From NCBI GenBank assembly GCA_051313645.2, contig JBNRSN020000029.1, positions 41,044,001 through 41,108,000 on the forward strand: a stretch of 64,000 nt of DNA. Reading direction: 5' to 3'. Below the pieces are notes generated by a model, which did not search any database, had not been told where the DNA came from, and was given only the letters and a program-made list of their open reading frames with translations. The position numbers and the translations under genes are program-made. Positions 34,608 through 46,938 of this stretch are shown here, piece after piece. This DNA comes from Centroscyllium fabricii (Eukaryota). Position 1 is the first letter of the stretch; the number at the start of each line of letters is the position of its first letter.

Positions 34608-37600
34608 CCTGTTTTGTGTTGAACCTCGTGTTGCCTCCGTTATTTGTTAGGAGATCACACTCACCTACATTGGTGACCTCAAGTGAGGAAACTTTTTGCC
34701 AACCTTCGCAGCATCATGGCAACCAGTGCTGCGGCCTTGATACTGCCTTCCTTTTGGGAGCAGCAAGCGCCCACATAGTTTGTCCATGCTGAGGCTCAGT
34801 TCTCGCTATGAGAGGTCGAGGAAAATGGCGCCAAATTCCTCCACACCGTGCCTTCGCTCAAAAGCTCCACTGCTTTCGAAATCGTTGACCTCTTTGAAAA
34901 TCCTCCAGCAACGGGAAAGTATGAGGCGCTAAAGACAGATTCATACAGCTTTTCGGCCTCTCCAAGGAAGAGCGAGCCCGCAGGCTGCTCACGCTACCAG
35001 ATCTTGGAGACTCCACTCCCTCCCAGTTAATGAGCCAAATGCTTACGCTTCTGGGGCCTGAGCCATAATGCTTCCTCTTTCGGGCATTGTTCTTAAGCCA
35101 GCTCCCCCAGCAAGTCCAAGCTGCCCTCACTGGTTCTCCAATTACTGATTGTGCCAAACGTGCAGCCGCGGCAGATAAAATGTTCTTCGTGACCCAGCTC
35201 AGCTGCACTGCAATGAGGTTTCCCGTCACCGCAGAAAATGCCTAGCCTTGCCAGACCACGGGCCTCTGCTATGAGCATGCCCATTTTGGCGCGAAGGCCC
35301 ACTGCTGCCACCCGTCCTGCATGTTCACCACAAAAAAAAGTGTCACCCAGCCCACCGATTCCGCGACCCCGAGAATTTCATCTGATCGACCCCCCACCTC
35401 AAAGATGGCTGTCGGTTCTACTCCTCTATATCACTGATCTACTTTCCGGGCGGCGAAACCTCTGTGACACAAGAGCACAGTACAGTATTATTCCAGCTTC
35501 CACCCTCGATGTCCAGGCCGGTCAGAGGAGGCCTTCCCTCTTGGCAGCTAATGGCGGCGTCATTTACACATATGGAAAACGTTGAACTGAAGTCTGTTTC
35601 GAACGACAACGGCTCACATGGGACTTTATCGCTGCTTCAGTCTCGCAGCTCCTGCTCGGTGCAGATTTTTTGTGCGCTCACTGCCTACTGGTCGACAACT
35701 CCGACCGGGGCTTCATCAACGTGGCCACGTTTCATTCCTTATTGTGCTAACGCAGCAACAGACCGGGATTCATGTTTTCCTGTGCATCCCCCATAGCAGA
35801 TGATTATGCTTGTTTTCTAGCAGACTTCCCCAGACTGTTACAGCCAACCTTTATGGCCACGTTGTCTAAAGATGGGATCCAACAACATTTTCCCATTACA
35901 GATCCTCCAGCCTATGCTCAAGCTCAGTGCCTTGACCCCGCCAAGATGGCAGTAGCCAAGGCAAAGTTCGTGACAATGGAATAACTAGGGTTGTTTACTG
36001 CTCTAATAGTCACTGGTCCTTTCCTCTTCACATTCTCACAAAGCCAGGTGGATGATGGCGGCCGTGTGGCGATTACCAGAGGCTCAAGGACGCCACCACA
36101 CCCGATCATTACCCCATTCCGCATATTCAAAATATTATGGCACACTTGGCGGTAAAAGTCATTTTTTCCAATGTGGATCTGGTCCGAGGTTACGATCAAG
36201 TTCCCGTTCACCAGGCTGACATTAAAAAAACCATAGTCTTTACACCATTTTGTCTTTTTGATTTCTAAAGATGCCTTTGTGGCTCAAGAATGCCACACAG
36301 GTGTTCTAACGCCTCGTGGAGTCAGTGTTCCGGGACCTCACTTTTCTTTTCATCTACCTCGACGATATTCTCGTGGCAACACTGACAAGGCAGAGCATAT
36401 CTCACATTTATGTTTTCTTTTTCAGTGCATGTATAAGCATGGGCTTATCGTCAACCGTGCTAAATGCCAGTTTGGGCTAACCCAGATCGATTTTCTCGGC
36501 CATCGGATATCGGCAGACGTGACAATTTTTCTCCCGGTCAAAGTGCAGGTAGTATCATTTTTTCCTGAACCACAATTGGTAAAGGCTCTTCAAGAATTCC
36601 TCGGAATGTTTATTTTTTATCATCACTTCGTACCTAAGGCTGCACTCCTCATGCGCCCAATCTACGAGTCCACCAGAGGCAAGACCGTTAAATAACTGCT
36701 GTCCTGGATGGATGAGATGTCCTCGGCATTCAATGACACCAAGCGGGCATTGGCTAATGCCACGTTGTTAGTGCACGCTAAACCAGGTGCCACTGTGGCA
36801 CTTACAACCAATGCCTCTGACTACGCTACAGGAGCAGTACAACAGCAGTGGGTCGATGGCGCTTCGCAGCCACTGGCGTTCTTCAGTTGCCAATGATATA
36901 AGAATGACCTGGCACATTCCACTGAGAGCTACTTGCCTTATTCCTGGCAATCAGACACTTCCAATTCTTACTGAAATGTCGAGCTTTCACGGCGTTCGTC
37001 GATCACAAACCGTTGACTTTCGCCGTGGCGAAGACCTCGGAACCTTGTTCTGCTCGCCATCAGCACCAGCTCAATTTTATCTCTGAATTTACTACTGACA
37101 TCCGTCACCTGGCCGGTAAGGAAATCATAGTGGCGGACTGCCTCTCATGTCCTTCTCTTCACACCGTGCAGTTTGGCATCGACTTTGCCCGCACGGCAGA
37201 AGACCAAGTATCAGACACCGAGGTCCGGTCACTGAGGACGACAGTCACGGTCCCAAACCTGGCTGACATTCATTTCCTGGTGCCTGGTACATCTCTTCAT
37301 TGTGATGTTTCCATTAAAGATCCCTGGCTGGTGGTCCATGCTCCTGGCACCGATGGGTGTTTGGCGGCATCCACGGGCCATCGCCTCCAGGCATGTGGGC
37401 ATCCCAGAATTTAATGGCTGTACATTTTATGTGGCCCAGTCTGTGTAAAGATGTTAGAGACTGGACGAACACTTGGGTGGTTTGCCAGAAGGTGAAGATC
37501 CGGCGATACCTCAAAGCCCCATTAGCCAATTTTCCTGTGCCTGAGCGAAGATTTGACCACATCCATGTGGACCTAGCCGGCCTACTCCCACCATTCCAAG

Positions 37601-38882
37601 GCTACATGCACCTTCTCACCATAGTCGACCGCACTACCAGATGACCAGAGGTTGTCCCGCTCACGTCACCACCACCGCTGACGTGGTCAGGGCTTTCTAA
37701 TCATCGTTGGTGGCCAGATTTGGCGTTCCAGCCGACATCTCGTCGGACAGGGATCCTCAGTTTACTTCCCAACTTTGGAATGCTGTCGCTCACGGGCTGG
37801 GCGCAAAGCTTCATAGAACCAGCACCTACCAACAGCAGATGAATGGCCTCTGTGAACGTTTTCACAGATTGATGAAGGCCTCCCTAAGCAGCTGCCTGCA
37901 GGATGCCTGCTGGATAGACAAGTTGCCTGGGTTCTTCTGGGACTTTGTACTGCGCACAAGGAAGACCTCAACTTCTCTTCTGCAGAGCTGGTCTACAGAC
38001 AGCCCCTCAGAGTCCATGAAGATTTTTTCCCTTCTGGCATGTAGCCTTGGTCACCATCTGTATAACGATCCCTGCACCAGGAGGCGGCCAACCGTTTTCG
38101 TCCTGTTCCCACGTCTCAGCATTTTCCCCAGCACTCCCAGGTGTGGAAGGATTTGCAGCAGGCATAGTCCATTTTCATGCACTGGCATGCACAGAAGGAC
38201 CCTCTTTAGGCCCCTTACACCGGACCCTTCCAAGTCTTGGAGGCATGCAAAAAGTCTTTCATCCTGGACGTTGGTGGCAAGCCGGATAACATCTCGGTGG
38301 ATTGTCTGAAGCCGGCACACCTAGATCTCAGTCTCCAGTACATCCGGCCCTTCTGCCAAGGCACGGCAGACTTCCTGCAACTCCCCAGTCGCCCGCCACT
38401 TCGCCTGCCTTCAGCCTGCTTCTTCTTCTTCTTCTCTTCTTTATCTTCATTTTCACCAGCAGTGCAGCCAACCAGCCCGTCGGCTGACCAACCATCGTGT
38501 CTGCTTACTCCTCAGCCTACCGGCCTTCCGGACACCCCAGATCACCCGCGACCCGGGTACTACAGACGCTTCAGTCGTTTATTGAAACCACCTGAATAGT
38601 TGACTTGTTCTGTTAAAGACAATTCTGTGTGGGCTCATGTGGCAGTTCCACATCATGTTGTAAATGCTGGTATATAAAACGCTGTATATAATTGCCTTTA
38701 AATTGTATGTTTCCCCTCCCCTTTAAGAGAGAGGGAAAACGGACCTACAACGTGCTAACGCCATCACGCAATTAGTGGGCTTTTCTCTTCAGAGCAGTGT
38801 TGGAGTTTTTCAAGTAAAGACCTGTTTTGAGTTGATCCTCGTGTTGGCTCCGTTATTTGTCAGGAGACCCCACGTTCCTACA
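34607..38882 (+). mobile_element. Decayed CsRN1-clade Gypsy element with a truncated 5' LTR
   Basis: 5' LTR remnant 34607-34669, PBS TGGTGACC, CHCC motif CYEHAHFGAKAHCCHPSC (about 35266-35320), protease LCDTRA, RT/RH/IN fragments (KCQFGLTQIDFLGH, RFDHIHVDLAG, NGLCERFHR) and a 3' LTR at 38638-38882. Confidence 0.9.
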
Positions 38883-39699
38883 ATGTCTCATTTTCTTTGT
38901 GAATTGTGTTTTTTATGAAGCCGTTGCATTTGAGTAAATTCAATTATATTCATCATAAGGATGATAGGGAAGATACATATTACCTGCTTCATCGCTCCCT
39001 GGATCTACACGTTTGTCAATATTATTAATAGCTCAGGTAACTGGTGTCTTCTACTTAATTCATCAAGCTACAATTTCTTAGTTTAAGTGTATGTAAGAAT
39101 TAAACGGGAACATTTCAACTAGAGACGTTCATACAGCATGCCTATCAAAACTAAAATATTTGCAGGCGGTTGAATCCATTGGAACAGCTAACTATACACA
39201 ATATATTGAAGCACAAATCATAATTTTATATCAGAATGTTTGCTCTTTGTAACTCTCTTTCGAATTCCAGCGTAATATAAGTACGTTTATCAACAGAAAT
39301 TAGTACAACAACTTGTTATTAGTCAGTCAAATATCTCTTCCAGGTGGAAAGTTAAAATCATATATAAAAATATGCAAGCCAAACGACTCAGATGTTCAGA
39401 CAGGTAACGTCGTTCTTTGTCCGACGGGGAGTACAGAGTCAATGGCATAGGCCCATATTCCATTTACTTAAGTCCAAAGAGGCTACACAAAGATCGGCAA
39501 AAAATAAAATTAAACATTGTCAGGTGAGCACGGAGATACTGCGCAAACAATCAACTTTCCCACCGGGACCACCCTACATATTAATAGATTGATTTCAAGG
39601 TTTCCTGGAGCTACCGGGGAAGAATTGCAGCACCCAATTACACAGATGCTGCCTCGTTACCTTACTACCTTTCAGGTTGAAGAACAATCAGAAATGTAT

Positions 39700-39890
39700 T
39701 TAAGTTGATGTTGACGCACTAAAGGAAAAGCTGGTGTATTTAAGACGAAGCTAGCAGAGTACAGGAGCGAGAAAGGAATAGAAAGATAAATTGGTATCAT
39801 CAGATGAATTAAAGCCGGAGGGTAGTCGTCTAGAGCACAACTACTGACATTTGTTGGTCCGAATGGCGCGATTCTGTGCTGTAAATGGTG
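39700..39890 (+). mobile_element. Very degraded CR1 3' end
   Basis: ttggtccgaatggcgcgattctgtgctgtaaat resembles a CR1 terminus. Confidence 0.5.
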
Positions 39891-40205
39891 TCAAGAAACA
39901 ATGCATTATTCGGTTATCATATTATCAAGTTTGTCATGGAAGGTTCTTGCTATTCCAGTATGCAACATGAGGCTTATCTCGGAGGCCAGCTTGAGAATAA
40001 ACAGAGCCTAATGATGTGCTTCAAATGATAGTTACAGGATAGTCTTAGAAAACATTATGCTCAAAATAACCCGAAGACAGGCATCTCGAACTTCGCAGCA
40101 CTGGCAATTTGCCGGAAAATGCATAGACATTTATAAATTGAGTAATATTTCTGCGGACGTTTTCCACATCTTCCACCATAATTCGTGCGGAAATGCTACC
40201 ACATT

Positions 40206-41109
40206 GGGCCCTGTTTTCCTGTGCTCCAGAAGAGCTGCACCCCCAGGAAGGGGGGTCAGAAATGCCTCGTGGTGGTGCAGCACGGGTGATTCCCAGAAAC
40301 GTCAATTTCCTGTGCTGATGGGGAAGGAGCTTCAGCTTCCAACGCAGGAAGACTTTGAACTGCCGATTTCCTGTGGCAGCTGCTCAAAATGCTAGTGTAT
40401 CACGTGGGCAAGTCTCTCTTTTGCTGCACATTTAGAAAGCAGTCTTAGAGGTGCTGCAGGCTGCTTTGAGAAGTGGAGAAACACGTTTAAAGGTAAGTTT
40501 TTTCTTGATTCCTTTGCAGCTATTTGACTGTGGTCTTTCAGCTTTTAAATGGTAGGGTTTCTTTTTGTGAAAGTGAAAAAAACCGTTTTTTTAACGCGAT
40601 GTCAGGAGCTCTGGTGGCCACCACAGCTGCTTAATTCGCGTTAAAAACCCGTTTTTTTTTCACTTCCACCAAAAAAAAAACCCTACCCATTTAAAAGCTG
40701 AAAGACCACAGACAAATATCTGCAAAGGAATCAAAAAAAACCTTACCTTTAAACGTGTTTTTTTCACTTCCAACAAAAAAAACCTCTAACAGCAGAAAAG
40801 GCAGAAACTTAAAAAAAACAAGGTGCTTCCTAGAAACTTAAAAAAACCAAGGTGCTTCCTACCCGATATTCTTTGCCCTGAGGCCGATTCTGTGCTTTGT
40901 GCGGGGAAAGCCGACCTCAGTGGGCGTGGTCTGCTCACAACCCACGCACAAAGTACCACGCACCAAAAAAAAACAGACCCCTACGCAGCAAACAAACCCA
41001 GCATTTTCAACAGGAAATTGCCGTCAGGAAAAAAAAAATACGTGCGCGAGCACCGCGGGTGCACGTGAACGCGCATCCGCAGCAATCGGGCCACAGGAAA
41101 ACAGGGCAC
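40206..41109. mobile_element. Non-autonomous TIR element with a central ~300-bp palindrome, ATT TSD
   Basis: TIR GGGCCCTGTTTTCCTGTG / CACAGGAAAACAGGGCAC with ATT flanks. The left arm is homologous to the reverse complement of the right arm of 15988-16804. Confidence 0.85.
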
Positions 41110-41571
41110 ATTATCAATATTTTCATGACTGGCGTGAACCCACGCTATATCGCAGTGGTGTGTGTGCCTATATCACATGGCAGATATGTTTTCTAGAGTT
41201 CCTGACATTCCTGCATAGATATAATTCCAACACATTTTCAATTAATGCTTGAATATTTTTCAGTTTACTCAAATTCGCAGTAACATATTGCAATAAATGG
41301 ATGGAAACGTTACTAAAGAGATTTAACGTAATCCGGTTTATGCCCAAAAAGACATGCTGTCTTGACATTAATCCCTGGAGAGTCTCAGTGTTTACTTAGT
41401 TTTCCATATCCATGTCATTCAAATTAGCAATACAATTAACACACAAAACCAATGAAGAACAAGTAAACATATTCTAGATATATTACCGTTAATCTCTTTC
41501 AACTTCTCAACTATAAAAAAGAATACAAGTGTTCGAAATTATAAGGTGATACGATTAACTTGCTTGACAAT

Positions 41572-41757
41572 GGGGGCAATTTTAACTTTGGGCGATGCTG
41601 TAAAACGGACAATATTAATTAGACACCCAATATGAACATCACCGGATTTTTCATTCAAATTATTCGATGGAAAGTGAGTTCCAGCGAGGTGTAGACTGGA
41701 CCGTCATTTCCATACCGCACATTTAACATGATCGATCAACGATCAGATTATCCCAAA
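41572..41757. mobile_element. ~180-bp fold-back MITE (degraded)
   Basis: Starts GGGGGCAATTTTAACTTTGGGCGAT..TGTAAAACGG; same family as 57566-57747. Confidence 0.5.
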
Positions 41758-44168
41758 ATATGGATCATCCTCGCATAATATCTTGCGCTTTTGTTAATGC
41801 AAGTAAACAGATGCTACTATTATTACAAGCACCCCTACTACTGCCACTGTGAATGCTAATTATATATATCGTTTTACTAATAATATTAATTTTCTAACAT
41901 CCCGAGCGTGGCCTCATACGCAGGGTTTGGCCATGGGAAAGCTGCGTTTGACGTCTCGCCAGTGACAAAGGTTGTTGAAATATTTTACTTAAAGCCCACA
42001 AACTCGGAAGTGCAAAATTAGCCTGAGCCAAAGTATAAATGCCTTTGTCAACATTGAATAAAATATTACACTGTTAAGCTGATACTTTACCGAGTTTTAT
42101 TCGGAGTAAATCCGGGTCTGAAATAAAACAAAACGAAAGACAAGACTTATTTTCTTCGAATTCACGCAGGCTGGAAATTCCAACACTTGTGCCGAAAAGA
42201 GAAGAGAAAGGCATGTGCAAAAAAATAAATAGATTTAAATAGAATATCCCAGTGTGTGTATGTATTATGGAATAGATTAAGACAACATGTTTGGATTCAG
42301 ATGTACACCGCATTCATAAACAATTGCTCTGTCGATTACTACCGAAAAGTACAGAAAAGTGGCTAAAGTGGGAATGCAATTTACAAAAATAAAAATTCAG
42401 CTAACGAAAGGGGAAAATAAAACAACCCGGTGGAAGGATGAATATTAAATTAAAGAAGCGTAAAAGCACAATTGCAAATTTTGAAAGATCCACAATAACC
42501 TCCTTGGTTAAAGATAGTCCAAGCGTGGGAACAACAAATTCATTAGTCATAACAAATTGAACCGTCAATTTTGAAATCTGATATCATTGGCATAATACTA
42601 GTAAGGAATTTTAAAAACTCTTAATTCGAAATACAGAACTGTTGGCTGCAACAGGACCATGGCATTGTAAGATTCCCACGTTTAGAATATAGTGTCAATT
42701 TATTCTTAATGAATGGGAACATAACTAGCTTTAGGGCGACACAGGGAAGTTCTTTGTAGCATAGACGAAAAGGTACCTTTACGAGAGAGACCAATAGCAT
42801 TTTGCCCAATTAAATATCAAAAGCAGACACAAAATGTGTAACAGACGATGTCATTGATATCGCCCTCAAAGGTCAATGGGAGTGAAATCTGACAGCGTCT
42901 TCATTTTTGATCGCTATTTTTTGAATCCACTTGGGAAATGAGCTTGTTTTGATATATAGAGGATGCAATAACATTTAAACATCTTTTTCAAGACTCACCG
43001 AAACTGGTTAAGATGGTGTAGTTAAATATGCCCCTCGCCCCTTTCCGCAGCCCCATTCATGCCAAACAACGGATGTTAAGCCCTTGTGATCTTAAATGAA
43101 CGTAAAATAATTTCAAAATCGATCATATCCAAATTCGGCGCCAAAAGTCCAGCATTGTGAAACGCTCTCCCTCCAGAAAAGTGCCTCCATTCGGAACAGT
43201 TAATTTAGCAAACATCGAAATAAAATGTGCGAATTGTTTTGTCTATATGCCTCAACTACTGGAAACATGAACTGTCGGAGCCTGTGGGGGCCGTTAAGCA
43301 GCTCAGTGGTTTTATTCACTGAGAATTTACGTCATTATAACGGAATTGTATTAAATTGAATTATTTTTTTGCAAGTCCGTCTCGGTTCAAAGTTGCGGCT
43401 TGAGAGGCGTTATCTAATCGGATATCAGTGCCGTGGTATTTCATGAGCGTTGCTGGGCTTTAAGTAGAGCACACTCGAAAGGATTGACTTCGCTTTTTCC
43501 AGTAAATAATCCTCCACACAGCTGGCTGGACTGCTGGGTTCAGTTGTGTTGACCAGCAACACGTCTGTTTGTCGAATGCAACACATTGATATTGACAGTT
43601 CCGCCAAACTGATAAAACGATAATAGGCAACTTCTTGCTATCTACTATACACAGACTTTTAATGCATGTCAGAGAGGAGAAACAAAATAACATTCAATAT
43701 TACCAAGATAAAATGTGATCCTCACCGTCCTTTTCTGTTTGTCTCTTTACTTTGGTGACTTCTAGAAAAAAAGTAAATTATTTGATCTATTGCATATGAA
43801 AATAAAAGCAGCAGGAGCAAATTCTGTTGACGTTAACTCTTTCCCCTGCACCATCTTCAGAAGCGGACAGATGTCATAAGCGGCCATAAACGCTTTTTAT
43901 CTGGGGTTACTGTGCATTTCTCCACCGCCACACCCCTCCTTGAGTTTCCAGCAGGTTGATGATGGTAGCACTGCAGAACTTCAAGTAACAGCTCCTGTGT
44001 AAGATAAAACAATATTATTCACGTAGATATATGAATTTTCGTTATAGCTCTATGGGGCTGTCTGCCACTGTTACCATTCTGTAAAATGGACAGATTGATT
44101 CAACAATACTTCCTATGTTGATCTATAAAAGGTGCGCACAATTTCACAAAGCCCAACGCGTGATGATC

Positions 44169-44920
44169 GGGTCAGAAATTCAGGGCCCAACACGTGAGTA
44201 CGGACCGAGTACTCACGCGTGGGGCCATCGTAATTGCCGGTTTCCAGCATTCACCACGCATGCGTGTGAAACCAGCAATTCCGATCCCCTGACAGAAGCG
44301 GTCAGGTGTCGGAGCACGTTCGCGTGCATGGCAGCGGGTACGCAATGCACTTGCGGTTTTTTCATAGGTTTTTATCAGCATAAGTAAGGAAAAAATTACC
44401 GCTGCATTTTTCATCTGTAAGTAGTGGATTTCAACAGGTAAGTCATTATTTAATTCAATTTAAACATTTTTTCCACAGGTTTTTCATTTTAAAACAATAT
44501 AAAGAAAGGTAAGTTGATTTTTAGACCCGTTTAATTATTTTTTTCAAAATTTTTATTTTTTGCTTAAAGTAGCTAATTTATGTAATTGATAGAAATGTTT
44601 TCAAATCTGCAGTTTACTAAAAGGTATTTTAAGATTTAGTGTGTTTTTTGGGCTGTCGTATTCATAAGTTTGCTAAGTCTACCTATCAAACTTATGAATG
44701 GAGCATTATCTGCTCTGATTGGCTACCCGTGGACCACGTGATCTGGCTGGAAGCTCGCACCAACTCCGATGTTCAGATGCACCAGCACAGCACGCCGGGA
44801 TCTCAGGAGTGCCCCGCATCAGGATTTCATGCAGGTGAAATGGAGAACGGCAGGCGTGGTCCGTAAGTGTGGCTTGGAGGCGTGCAGTCGCGGGAAGCAT
44901 TGAACCCGAAATTCTGGCCC
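44169..44920. mobile_element. Non-autonomous TIR element (family B)
   Basis: TIR GGGTCAGAAATT / AAATTCTGGCCC and hairpin CGTGAGTAC..GTACTCACG. Homologous to 49062, 52944 and 54161. Confidence 0.82.
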
Positions 44921-45289
44921 ATTCATGTGTTCCATTTCGCCTTTAAAGCTGCAGTATCCAGGAGTAGCCACAACATACATTAGTTTTACCTGCAGTTAGC
45001 AGTGGTAATTTTAATTGTAGGAGATTGAGTGAAATTAGCGATATCAGACAGTCCACTGGTTGTGCACCACTCCAGATTATCCTTTTTGATGAATTCAGTT
45101 TGATTTTGTGCGTTAGCGCAACATGAACAGATGCAATTCGGAATTGAGTTTACACAATGACCAATTACATTTTCAATATACGTCACTGGAAAATAAATTT
45201 CGGCAGGTGTATAAATGCTCTTTTGATTCTCGGCCACCCAATATGATTTTAACCCGCTTGGTGTAAAGATGGAATATGCATTAAATGCA

Positions 45290-46005
45290 TTGCTTCGCTT
45301 CCACGGGTGTCCTTAAGGTTTCACAGCAAATTATTGACCTTTAAGGTGCAGTGCCTATTCTATAGGCAGGTACATCAGCCCAAGCACACAAAGGGCTGTT
45401 AGAAGCATAATATGGATGAATAACCGGGCATTCAGATTTCACTTATCGTATCCGTGTGTCAATTGGATGTCATGGGCGAAGTCAATAAGCACATTATCAG
45501 AGGAGGAACAATTTCCCACAAGAGAGGAAGACTAATGATCTGAAAACGTAAATGAATGGATGGAAGTCGAATGGCTTCTTTGGGTATGTATCTCTCGACG
45601 TAGCCTGATTTTTCTACAATCAATGTACCCTGAAAATGCAATGACAGCAGGCGAAGATAATGAAACAAACTGTCGAATTCTGTCGACCAGGGCGACGGTG
45701 ATGTAATTCAAGCAGTTGAAAATTGGGGCATCATTTTCCTCATCTATATTCCCGGTTAACACGGTTTGCATATGTCGACCATGCACACCGACAGCCTATG
45801 ATTTCCATCCATTAATTTTGTTGATAAGAAAATTAACAGCAGGAAAAGCAATCCATTGGCAGACTGAGTGAAGACTCCGAATTCGATATCTTAAACGGGA
45901 TTTTTACGTCTACCTGCATACGTAGATGCAGATTAATGACTTACTCGAAAAAGTCACCCCCAGAAATGCAGCAACCACTTAATATCCCTAATGTGAAATG
46001 CTGCA
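45290..46005 (-). mobile_element. Highly degraded Deu-domain SINE fragments
   Basis: gggatttttacgtctacctg...gcagcaaccacttaatat (about 45895-45990) resembles the reverse complement of the DeuSINE core as I recall it. Confidence 0.4.
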
Positions 46006-46029
46006 GTGGAGTTTAAACCCACAACAACT

Positions 46030-46142
46030 GCACGGTTACGGAGAAAGGGTGGGGGAGTTGGTTTAATTCGATAGCTCTTTTAAAAGATGGCACGGGCACG
46101 ATGGGCCGAAGGTCCTCCTTCTGTGCGAGAAGATTATATGAC
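46030..46142 (+). mobile_element. CR1 3' end fragment
   Basis: ggcacgatgggccgaaggtcctccttctgtgc terminus. Confidence 0.7.
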
Positions 46143-46870
46143 TCGCACTGAGATGTGAAAGTGGTACCGTTTAGTCCGAATGACCAATAAATTGATATTA
46201 ACATTATGCTTCTCTCACCTGGGCTTGGAGATCGCTTCAATCTGTCCAGTTCTAGAACCAAAAGTAAATACTTTACTACACGTCACATTAAGGCCATTTA
46301 ATTTGAAATTTCAGATTTAAAAACAAAATGCTTCCCTTTACTTTACAATGGAGTGTGCCATTTCACGTTCCTATGCAATTAGCTGAAACGAACACATCGA
46401 TTGATTCGCAGAATGTTTATAATTAGGATAACTCCACCTTGATGTAAGGAAACAAATCAAGTCTTTCTTGTAGGTGATTTCACGTTGAAAGTTTGCAGTT
46501 TACACGGAAAATTTTGAGTTTGGTTAATATCTTCAGAGCTTAACCAACTCGTCTAATTTGCCCTGTTTAAACTTGGTTACCAGCCATCTTACGCTTCAGG
46601 AAATTTACCAGTCCCCAGAAACCTTATTTTTGTGTGCATTGGTTCGCTCTACTTGAGACAGCACCCCAGGACCATTGATCGTTGTCGAAAATTCTAGAAT
46701 TCATATGCAACTAAAGAGGAAACGTGGTTAACACCCTAAATAGAATGACGATGCTATACATAAATTAAGTGTTGAAAAATATTCACAATATTTGCTTCTT
46801 AGATGAGTTATTGAATCGGGATTCCGTCTGCCAGTACTGCTGGACGTAATGGACCATTCAGCTATTCGAA

Positions 46871-46938
46871 ATCATGGAATCATAGAATCATAGAATCCCT
46901 ACAGTGCAGATAGAGGCCATTTCGGCCCATCGAGCCTG
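46871..46938 (-). mobile_element. CR1/V-SINE tail fragment
   Basis: (CATAGAAT)n followed by ccctacagtgcagatagaggccatttcggcccatcg, as at 922 and 34285. Confidence 0.8.
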
